A stretch of 64,000 bases of DNA from Promethearchaeota archaeon (GTDB taxonomy: Archaea > Asgardarchaeota > Lokiarchaeia > Sigyniarchaeales > SOKP01): positions 1 to 64,000 of the forward strand of contig JAHPZJ010000028.1 of assembly GCA_019058245.1 (NCBI GenBank), written 5' to 3'. Position 1 is the stretch's first letter; each line of letters opens with the position of its first letter. The position numbers were made by a program, and so were the translations under genes. The notes under the pieces were generated by a model that saw nothing but the letters and a program-made list of their open reading frames with translations, had not been told where the DNA came from and did no database searches. Positions 30,798-39,360 of this stretch are shown here, piece by piece.

Positions 30798-31607
30798 ATG
30801 CCATTTTTAGATAATGAGGGTGTTAAAATTTATTATGAAGTTGAAGGAGAAGGTCCACCAGTGATCCTAATTCATGGGATTGCGACAAGCATTGATGGTA
30901 ATTGGAAAGATACTAATTGGGTAAATGTTCTAAAGGATGATTATAAATTAATACTTATGGATTGTCGTGGACATGGGAGAAGTGATAAACCTAAAGATCC
31001 TGCGCAATATGGAGACCATATGATTGATGATATCATTAAATTGCTTGATCATTTATCTATTAAGAAAGCTAATTTTTTCGGTTATTCTATGGGATCGATG
31101 CTAACTATGGAGCTTTTGCTTCGAAATCAAGAACTCTTTATAAGTGCTATTCTTGGAGGATTTGCACTTTCGTTTCCAGGAGAGAAAGAAAGAGCCGCTA
31201 CTAAACAACTGATCGATAATTGGATAGAGGGATTAAAAACAGAAAATATTGAGGATATAAAAAATCCCGCTATTTTGAGATTCCGACAAGTAATTGGGGC
31301 TTATAAAGATTCCCATTTACAAGATTTTGATGCTTTAATTGCCGCTTTAAAGGGTGGTAATCTAGGTCCAGGAGTTTCATCCCTACCAAATGATGAAAAG
31401 AGAGAGGCTGTTAAAAAAATCAAAGTACCAGTTATGGGAGTTTTAGGATCTGAAGACTTAATAATGGGGGATAGAACTTTAATAGCTCAATTAGTACCAG
31501 GTGCTTGTTATTTTCAAATTCAAGGAAAGGATCACATTACTGTAGTCTCTGATCCAAAATTTCACATGGTTGTAAAAGCTTTTCTGGACTATGTAAACAA
31601 AAACTAA
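30798..31607 (+). CDS. Alpha/beta hydrolase (copy 1)
   Basis: GYSMG, GKDH. Confidence 0.9.
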   Translation: MPFLDNEGVKIYYEVEGEGPPVILIHGIATSIDGNWKDTNWVNVLKDDYKLILMDCRGHGRSDKPKDPAQYGDHMIDDIIKLLDHLSIKKANFFGYSMGSMLTMELLLRNQELFISAILGGFALSFPGEKERAATKQLIDNWIEGLKTENIEDIKNPAILRFRQVIGAYKDSHLQDFDALIAALKGGNLGPGVSSLPNDEKREAVKKIKVPVMGVLGSEDLIMGDRTLIAQLVPGACYFQIQGKDHITVVSDPKFHMVVKAFLDYVNKN

Positions 31608-31787
31608 ATGGAGATAAGCCTATATTCCTTACTATTTTTTATTTCTTAATGAGATATTCCTTCTAAAGTATCATTTCCTGCAATTTTTTCTATGTGTACA
31701 TCAATTTTCATAAAACTTTTTAAATTCTCTTTAATTAAATCTTTCCGTAAATTCAAATAAATTTAAATATAATTTAAAGGTGAAATT

Positions 31788-32012
31788 ATGTCAGAAAACG
31801 GTCAAAAAGTGAGAAATCCAATTGAAAATGTCCTTCTATTCTTGGGAGTAGTGTTTTCGGGATTAGGTATTTATACATTGATTATTGGTGTTCTAATGTT
31901 AGGATGGATTCTTGATAGCTGGTTATTTGTGACAAGTGGAAGTATATTTTTATCAATTGGAATGAGTTTATTATATCTAAGTAATAATTTGACCCAATTA
32001 AAGCTTGAATAA
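31788..32012 (+). CDS. Small 2-TM membrane protein (copy 2)
   Basis: Paralog of 30468. Confidence 0.7.
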   Translation: MSENGQKVRNPIENVLLFLGVVFSGLGIYTLIIGVLMLGWILDSWLFVTSGSIFLSIGMSLLYLSNNLTQLKLE

Positions 32013-32113
32013 GAAATTGACGGATGTAAATAGTATAACATTAAATATGAATAAGAATAAAAATAAAAATAACATAAATAATTAATCTCAAAAATCTATG
32101 AGGAACTATAATA

Positions 32114-32923
32114 ATGCCATTTTTTGATAATGAGGGTGTTAAAATTTATTATGAAGTTGAAGGAGAAGGCCCACCAGTGGTCCTGATTCATGGGTTTGCT
32201 GCAAGTTTAGAAGGTAATTGGAAAGGAACAAATTGGGTGAAGGTTCTAAAGGATAAATATAAAGTAATACTTTTGGACTGCCGTGGACATGGCAAAAGTG
32301 ATAAACCCGTGGATCCAAAGCAATATGGCGCACATATGACTGATGATATAATAAAGCTGCTTGATCATTTATCTATCAAGAAAGCTAACTTCTTTGGGTA
32401 TTCTATGGGCTCAAGATTAACCATGGAACTTTTATTAAGCAATCAAGAACTCTTTATAAGTGCTATTCTTGGGGGATATGCACTTCAGTTTCCTGGAGAG
32501 AAAGAAATAGCTGCTGCTGAAAAGAGAAGACGTGATTGGATTGAGGCTTTAACAGCAAAAGATGTGGATAGCCTAAAAAATCCAGAGGCTTTAAGATTTA
32601 TACGTACAATTTCGTTTTATAAAGATTTCAATTTACAAAATTTAGAGGCTTTAGCTGCCGTTTTGAAGACAAGTTTTCAAATTGAGGGAGATTTAGCCAA
32701 AATTAATGCTGAAAGAAAAGAAACTCTTAAAAAAGTCAATGTACCAGTTATGACTGTTGTAGGATCTGATGATTTCATTCCTGGGGATAAAACTTTAGTA
32801 GCTCAAATAGTTCCAGATGCTTGTCACTTTCAAATTCAAGGAAAAGACCATATAAATGTTGTCCCTGATCCCAAATTTCATATGGTAGTAAAAGCCTTTC
32901 TGGATTATGTAAACAAGAATTAG
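32114..32923 (+). CDS. Alpha/beta hydrolase (copy 2)
   Basis: GYSMG, GKDH. Confidence 0.9.
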   Translation: MPFFDNEGVKIYYEVEGEGPPVVLIHGFAASLEGNWKGTNWVKVLKDKYKVILLDCRGHGKSDKPVDPKQYGAHMTDDIIKLLDHLSIKKANFFGYSMGSRLTMELLLSNQELFISAILGGYALQFPGEKEIAAAEKRRRDWIEALTAKDVDSLKNPEALRFIRTISFYKDFNLQNLEALAAVLKTSFQIEGDLAKINAERKETLKKVNVPVMTVVGSDDFIPGDKTLVAQIVPDACHFQIQGKDHINVVPDPKFHMVVKAFLDYVNKN

Positions 32924-32973
32924 ATGGATAGATACCTAAATTACTAACTTTATTTTTTCTATTTTTAATTATT

Positions 32974-33291
32974 ATGGCAAGTTCCGAAAAATTAGAGCAT
33001 ATTATAAAAAAAGAGATTTATAAGTTACGTAATTTAGGAGAGTATAGCCGAAAAGGAAGTGATCATCTTTCTTATAGATCAATAATCAAGTTTGAATTAG
33101 GTGAGCCAAAAGAATTAATCTTCCAAGACCAAATTGTTTTTGAAGTAATTTGTAAATATAATATTTATACTGAAACGGAATTCTTGCATCCTCCAGAAAT
33201 GGACGAGTTTTATACTGAGCATTATCATGATAAATTTATTTTTGATAAGGATTTTAAAGTTATAAAAATTGAAGATATGCGTAGTGGGTAA
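32974..33291 (+). CDS. Hypothetical protein
   Basis: Clean 105-aa ORF, no recognised motif. Confidence 0.55.
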   Translation: MASSEKLEHIIKKEIYKLRNLGEYSRKGSDHLSYRSIIKFELGEPKELIFQDQIVFEVICKYNIYTETEFLHPPEMDEFYTEHYHDKFIFDKDFKVIKIEDMRSG

Positions 33292-33590
33292 TAATCTAAG
33301 TTCTTTAATCCATATCTGTTTATACTAAGTATTTTCTTAAATTAAATTATAGAATGTATATGATAAATCAATTTCAGTTTATTTTATTTTTCCTAAATTA
33401 ATTCATTGCCTATATACATAAGAAAGTTATAACATAATCAATATGAGAATGTGATTTAATATAGAATATAATTAAGTTAATAAGCTCGGAATAAAACAAA
33501 TTAGAAATATTTATATATAAATCAATCAATAGTTAACAAAAATTATTTAATTCAATAAATTTACTAAACATTGAGGAGACGAATTAAAAA

Positions 33591-33677
33591 ATGGCAAAGA
33601 AGAAAGCTCCTGCTAAAAAAAAAGCTCCAGCTAAAAAGAAAGCCCCTGCTAAAAAGAAGGCACCTGCTAAAAAATAA
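33591..33677 (+). CDS. 28-aa Lys/Ala/Pro-rich microprotein MA(KKKAPA)4KK, histone H1 tail-like
   Basis: ATG...TAA with GAGGAG upstream, TATA-like element near 33510, T-tract downstream; the 18-nt repeats differ only at synonymous positions. Confidence 0.8.
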   Translation: MAKKKAPAKKKAPAKKKAPAKKKAPAKK

Positions 33678-33769
33678 AGTTAAAAAGCTATATTTCAATT
33701 TTTTTCTAATTTTTGTTTTTTTTAATTTGATAAAACAGTTATAATAATTCAATTTTTTAATTATTTTTA

Positions 33770-34294
33770 TTATAGTAAAAATCTCTTGTCTAATTCAGTT
33801 CCACAATTTGGGCAATATTTTTTGTTCTGATTTAATTTATCGATTTTTATATTTTTAGTCAACTCTTTTTCTAGTTTTGAATATATATCTTTTAGCATAA
33901 TATCTTCGATTGAAATTAGATTGAGTTTCCCTTTTTTATATAATTTAAGTTTTTCTTCTTTTCTATTCATATAATCTTTTCCAAAATATCCCCAATATTC
34001 TATATAAATCTCATGTTCTGGTAAATACCAATCATACTTGAGAAAATTACCATTTATTTTGATTGTTTTCTCATATTCATGTTCAAGACCAAGACGATAA
34101 AGGTGATTATCTATAATTAATTCCCCTCTTGATTTTACAATATGACCATCAAGACATTTAAAACTAGTTGCTACTTGTGGAAGATATTTCTCTCTAAATA
34201 TTTTTTTTATTTTTAAAATAAACCAAGCGATTATTATAAAACATACAAGAAAAATTACACCACCTAAAATAAAATAGGTTAAAATTAGACTCAA
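33770..34294 (-). CDS. Membrane-anchored restriction-endonuclease-like (PD-(D/E)xK-type) domain with C-terminal zinc ribbon
   Basis: N-terminal TM; GHIVKSRGELIIDNHL...YDWYL...YIEYWG; CPNCG. Confidence 0.6.
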   Translation of the reverse strand: MSLILTYFILGGVIFLVCFIIIAWFILKIKKIFREKYLPQVATSFKCLDGHIVKSRGELIIDNHLYRLGLEHEYEKTIKINGNFLKYDWYLPEHEIYIEYWGYFGKDYMNRKEEKLKLYKKGKLNLISIEDIMLKDIYSKLEKELTKNIKIDKLNQNKKYCPNCGTELDKRFLL

Positions 34295-34544
34295 ATTTTA
34301 TCACCCAAATATGAACTCAGACTTTTTTGATTTTAATTTAATTGAATTTAATATATTTGATCATCTATTCATTTAATGAACTTATGACCTTTTTATAATT
34401 TCTCACTGAGGTGTTATAAGTAATTTCTTTTCTAATCCAAAATAAGTAACAATTATCTATTAATATTTTAAAGTATATAAACAGAATTTTGGATTTTTTT
34501 ATAATGTACTAATTAATATGATTTAATTAAGGACATATGGATTC

Positions 34545-34973
34545 TTAATGCACATATCTTTTTGAATAATCAATCACTTGACGTTTATAATCTTCATCTA
34601 TTAGGGGGGAAGAGACTAAAAAATCTGCTGTTGCTCTATTACAAGCAATGGGAATATTCCAAACAACTGCTATTCTAAGTAGTGCTTTCACATCGGGATC
34701 ATGAGGATGAGATTCTAATGGATCCCAAAAAAAGATAAGAAAATCTATTTCTCCCTCTGTAATTTTTGCTCCAATTTGTTGGTCACCGCCAAGTGGACCA
34801 CTCAGAAAAGTAGTAACCTTCAACCCAGTTTCCTTTTTGATTAACGATCCTGTATTTCCTGTTCCAAATAGATTATGTTTGCTTAAAGTTCCCCTGTTAA
34901 ATTTTACCCATTCTAATAGATCTTGTTTTCTTTCGTCATGGGCAATTAGAGCAATATTTTTTTTCTTAATCAT
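34545..34973 (-). CDS. mgsA: Methylglyoxal synthase
   Basis: [29 protein letters not shown]...[18 protein letters not shown]. Confidence 0.95.
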   Translation of the reverse strand: MIKKKNIALIAHDERKQDLLEWVKFNRGTLSKHNLFGTGNTGSLIKKETGLKVTTFLSGPLGGDQQIGAKITEGEIDFLIFFWDPLESHPHDPDVKALLRIAVVWNIPIACNRATADFLVSSPLIDEDYKRQVIDYSKRYVH

Positions 34974-35219
34974 TAAAATTTGATTGTTTAACAATTTACA
35001 TCTACTTTTTAATTATGGTAAATTATAAAACAATCATTCTATTTTATTTTTAACTAAATTAGGTTGTGATTATCTAATTAATTCTCAAATCTAACATAAT
35101 TTAGTTGTATTACTAATATACTACAACAATTATCTAAAAGTTGAAAGTTAAAAATATAAAGTCTATAATAGATCTAAAAATAAAAGCTTGTCAATAAAAA
35201 TCGGGGTATTTAATAAATA

Positions 35220-35609
35220 ATGATAAAATCGATATTAATTTGTGATTCTGTTGGGTATCCATTCTATTCTCGAAATTTAAATTCAAAATTTGGTCAAATT
35301 GATCCCACTATTTTTAGTGGTTTGATTTCAGCGATTGGTGCGATAGGTAAGGAATTATTCAGAGAAGATATAGCTACAATTGAATATGGCGACAATTATG
35401 AAATAACTATAATTACAAAAGAGTTGTTCGGAAATCATAATAAAGTAATTTATTTTGTCTATATATTTGAAGGGAATAAAGATCTTAAATTAATGAAGAA
35501 TTTAAGTACAAATATTTTTATTGAAACAAAACAAGTTTTAAAGGATAATAGCATTACCAAGTTGAATATTAAAGAAAAAGTAGATAGAATAATAGACAAT
35601 TTATTATAA
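35220..35609 (+). CDS. Stand-alone longin-like domain protein
   Basis: ILICDSVGYPFYSR...DPTIFSGLISAIGAIGKELF pattern typical of Asgard longins. Confidence 0.65.
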   Translation: MIKSILICDSVGYPFYSRNLNSKFGQIDPTIFSGLISAIGAIGKELFREDIATIEYGDNYEITIITKELFGNHNKVIYFVYIFEGNKDLKLMKNLSTNIFIETKQVLKDNSITKLNIKEKVDRIIDNLL

Positions 35610-35799
35610 TCTATTTTAAAATTCCAATTTCTAATTTCTCATAAATATCAAGAAAATCATTTTCAATGAATCTAGGTTTTAGTATTGATTTCTGATTTCT
35701 ATTAGGGGTATAGTAATAGTATGAAAATTTGAATCTCCTCGAATTAAAAAATTCATAAGAATGCTTAGAGATTATTGAGAATATTTATAAATTCTAAAA

Positions 35800-37890
35800 A
35801 TGAATTCACTAATCATGGAATCAATAAAAAATTTTATTAAAAAATTCAATTCTGATCTTGTACTACTAACAGGCATGTTTCTATTTTTATTTCAGTTACT
35901 TGGTGATTTAATTGAATCTGTATATATGTTAGATCTCCTAAATGAAACATTAGATGAAAAAGCAGGGGGCTTATTCTTTTTGTTTACACCTCTTATCTTA
36001 TTGATCTTTAGAGAAAAGGTTCCAGATTATTTTCTTGAAGTTTTAGCTATAATTGCTACAATCTTGCGCTTAATTTCCCCATTTTTAGATTCAGCAAACA
36101 GGATTATAACTTCAGGGCTAGGTGTAGGATGTATTATGCTTTTTCTTCCCATATATTTCTCTCAGTCTATAAAAGATCAAAATTTAGAAAATAAAGAAAA
36201 AATAAGTTTAAAACTTAGTGTTGGACTAGCTTCGGCTATAATGCTTTCGATTACATTTAGAGCACTCAATGCCACAGTCGATATTTCAAGCTATAGCTAT
36301 TTTCAATTTATTGGGTGGGTTATAGCGATATTCGTTATTTTATCAATAATCTCTCGAATTTTGGAAAAAAAAACAGAGGGATCAACGAATATTTCTAATG
36401 AGGGAAAAATACTCTCTAATGAAAAAGATGAATCAAGAAAAAATATTAGATTTAAGGGTGTTAAATTATTATCTCTGGGGATTATGAGTGTTATAACTCT
36501 TAATTATTTTACTTTTATTAGCCCAACTGTTATTTCAAGATGGACAGAAGGAGATTATATAACAATTTCGATTGCTATCGCTGTGATGGTTTCTGCAACC
36601 ATACTCATTTTAACATTTAAACCAGAAATTCTTAGCAAGTTAAATTCAAGAATCCTTTGGATATGGAATGGTCTCTTTGTAGCATCTCTAGTTCTTACAA
36701 TTGCAGTTCATACTTTTCCTTTTCCCGCAAATCCTACTTCAGATCCCGTAATTATAAACCATCCATTAGGTATACAGTATTATATTCCTTTAGTTATAAT
36801 GATAGCTTTATTACCTATTGTGTTTATCGATTTTACACTTTTAAGTCGAGAACTTATTGAGCAACACCCAAGACCTTCAAAGATTGGTGCAGGTTTCGTG
36901 GTCGGTAGTCTCTTTTTTATCTTAGTAATGTTCATGCTAGTATTTACCAATATTTGGGGTTATGTGGAACCAGTGAGTCAATTATTTCGTAATTTATTTT
37001 GGTTACCTTTCTTACTAGTCGGAATAACAATTCCGATTATGGGAAAAGCTATCTTTAAGAAAAGAATGTTAGAATTCAAGTCCCTTTTCACTAATTTACG
37101 TGATAAAATAATAATAATTACATTTATTGCTGTTTTATTAGTTGGAACTACTGTGTCAATACTAGCTTGGGAATTACGTTCGAAAACACAAGATACAAGT
37201 GGGATAACTTCTCTAAGAATAATGTCATATAATATTCAACAAGGAGTAAACATTTATGGAGAGAAAAATTATGATAATCAATTAGCTCTTATAAAAGAAA
37301 TTAATCCCGATATTTTAGGATTAGTTGAATCTGATACCGCCAGAATGACACATGGTAGTTCTGATGTAGTACGTTATTTTGCTGATCACCTAAATTATTA
37401 TTCCTTTTATGGTCCTAGAACGGTCACAGGGACATATGGAGCCGCGATTCTTTCTCGCTATCCAATTATTAAAACAACAACTTTCTTTACCTATAGCGAC
37501 AAAGATGAAGTAGGAACCACGGAGGTTCAGATTAGAGTGGGCACTACAATATTTAATGTATATTTAAATCATCCCGCTGGGAGTACTGATGCTAGACAAG
37601 CCCACATGGATACATTAATGAATCGTATAAATAGTAAACCTGATGTTATTTCTATGGGAGATTTTAATCATAGAAATAATACTATTTATTATAATATGTC
37701 AGTTGCTATATTGCAGGATGTTTGGGAAAACGCTTTAACGCGAAGTGTAGTGGGGAGCAGTTTTGACCCATCTGATCGCATAGATCACATATTTGTATCT
37801 CCGAGTTTTACTGTATCAGAAACACAATATATTAGTATACCAGAATCACAATCAGATCATCCTGCAGTTTGGACGGAAATCCAATTCTAA
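35800..37890 (+). CDS. Polytopic membrane protein with C-terminal EEP phosphoesterase domain (CWH43/PGAP2IP-like)
   Basis: Many TM helices, then MSYNI, GLVESD, YGAAILSRYPI, MGDFN, RIDHIF, SDH. Confidence 0.8.
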   Translation: MNSLIMESIKNFIKKFNSDLVLLTGMFLFLFQLLGDLIESVYMLDLLNETLDEKAGGLFFLFTPLILLIFREKVPDYFLEVLAIIATILRLISPFLDSANRIITSGLGVGCIMLFLPIYFSQSIKDQNLENKEKISLKLSVGLASAIMLSITFRALNATVDISSYSYFQFIGWVIAIFVILSIISRILEKKTEGSTNISNEGKILSNEKDESRKNIRFKGVKLLSLGIMSVITLNYFTFISPTVISRWTEGDYITISIAIAVMVSATILILTFKPEILSKLNSRILWIWNGLFVASLVLTIAVHTFPFPANPTSDPVIINHPLGIQYYIPLVIMIALLPIVFIDFTLLSRELIEQHPRPSKIGAGFVVGSLFFILVMFMLVFTNIWGYVEPVSQLFRNLFWLPFLLVGITIPIMGKAIFKKRMLEFKSLFTNLRDKIIIITFIAVLLVGTTVSILAWELRSKTQDTSGITSLRIMSYNIQQGVNIYGEKNYDNQLALIKEINPDILGLVESDTARMTHGSSDVVRYFADHLNYYSFYGPRTVTGTYGAAILSRYPIIKTTTFFTYSDKDEVGTTEVQIRVGTTIFNVYLNHPAGSTDARQAHMDTLMNRINSKPDVISMGDFNHRNNTIYYNMSVAILQDVWENALTRSVVGSSFDPSDRIDHIFVSPSFTVSETQYISIPESQSDHPAVWTEIQF

Positions 37891-38012
37891 TCTCACTTTT
37901 TTTTTGTACTTCTTAAACTGCAGTATCTCGGGTTTTTTAGAAAATTGATGCTATACAAGATATACTATAAAAATGGTTTAAATCTTAAGACTATTAATTA
38001 TTAAAGGAACTT

Positions 38013-38894
38013 TTATAGCCATTCAGCGTTAAGAGGTTTTCTAGCAGGTATTCTATAATAATGAGCTTTTGGGTATCCTATTGCTAATGTGTATCCAACA
38101 ATATGGTTTATTGGGAGTTCTACAATTTTTCTTATCGATCTTAAAATAGAGAAGAAAAAAGTCATATATCCTAAAGAACAAGTACCTAATCCTAATGTCT
38201 CAGCAGCTAGCATAATCTGACAAGCTGCTAAGGAACAATTTTCTTTTAATGCCAATGATGCCTCAGGGGAATGAATTATGATAATTTCTGCATCCCAATG
38301 CCATTCCTCTCTACCACGTTCTATCCTTTTTAACATCCTTTTAAAGAATGGAATGATTTCTTCGAGGCTACTTACAAATTGTGGGGGAAAGGATGTCTCC
38401 AAGGTTTTTCTTTTATGAGGATCTTCAAACGTTTCTATTATTTCTTTAATCTGATTGTTTATTTCATTAGATAACCTATTAAGTTTTTCACGATCTTGAA
38501 CAATAGTAAAATAAACATTTTCTTCATTTTTAGCTGTAGCAGAATATCTCCCTGCTACGTTTAATATTTTCTCAATTAATTCTTTTGGAACAGTTATATC
38601 TTTAAATTGTCTTCGAGACCTCCTTATTCGAAGAAGGTTAGATAAAGATTCAAAAGAAGATAAATATTCCTCGGTGGGAACATCTTTAAGAATTTCATCT
38701 TTATGAATTTTAAGCTTAATAGCATTAACTGGACAAACCGCAGCACATTTTCCACACTCAATACAAAATTCATCTGCTTCATCATTAATACTTAAAGTAT
38801 CTGAATCAAAATCATAATAATTACACTCATTTACACAAGCTTTACATTTAGTGCAAGATTTAATATCTACAATTATTTTAGAATTTTCTAACAT
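38013..38894 (-). CDS. Ferredoxin-nitroreductase fusion
   Basis: CTKCKACVNEC, CIECGKCAAVCP; RRSRRQF; LAAETLGLGTC. Confidence 0.88.
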   Translation of the reverse strand: MLENSKIIVDIKSCTKCKACVNECNYYDFDSDTLSINDEADEFCIECGKCAAVCPVNAIKLKIHKDEILKDVPTEEYLSSFESLSNLLRIRRSRRQFKDITVPKELIEKILNVAGRYSATAKNEENVYFTIVQDREKLNRLSNEINNQIKEIIETFEDPHKRKTLETSFPPQFVSSLEEIIPFFKRMLKRIERGREEWHWDAEIIIIHSPEASLALKENCSLAACQIMLAAETLGLGTCSLGYMTFFFSILRSIRKIVELPINHIVGYTLAIGYPKAHYYRIPARKPLNAEWL

Positions 38895-39360
38895 AGCTAA
38901 TATATATTATTTCTATATTTGATAGTTATTACATTATATGAATCTAATGTATATATATATGAAATTATAATTTAAATCAATTATTGAACTTATTATATTA
39001 AGTCTAACCATATTTCTTACTAAGTTTAATATTTGGATTATTTCCATATTTTCTTATTACTCAAGAATAATATTACCTAATATTCAACACAGTGTTCTTA
39101 TTTATTTGTTACCAATCGAATCTTTTTGGCTTTAAATCTTGATTCAATTGTTATTAGGCATTTTGATAGGTTTTTTTCTTTTAAAAGCAGCAATAAAAAT
39201 TGAAATAGAGAGATAAATCAAAAAGATTTCTATGTTTCTCTTCTCTTCAAATATTTTTTCTATATTTGAAAAGAATTAAACTTTTTTATAGTAGTTCATA
39301 GAAATTGCAATGCAATTAATATGATATATTAAAAAAAAGTAAAAAAGGAGAATATTAACA

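Larger units (their letters stand above)
30400..32960 (+). repeat. Tandem duplication of a ~1.3-kb unit (small membrane gene plus hydrolase)
   Basis: Units ~30400-31640 and ~31720-32960 share upstream, intergenic and coding similarity. Confidence 0.88.

Noticed and set aside
33564-33752. 62-aa minus-strand ORF with FSR/FLF repeats
   Set aside because: Antisense shadow of the KKKAPA microprotein; synonymous variation fits the plus-strand frame
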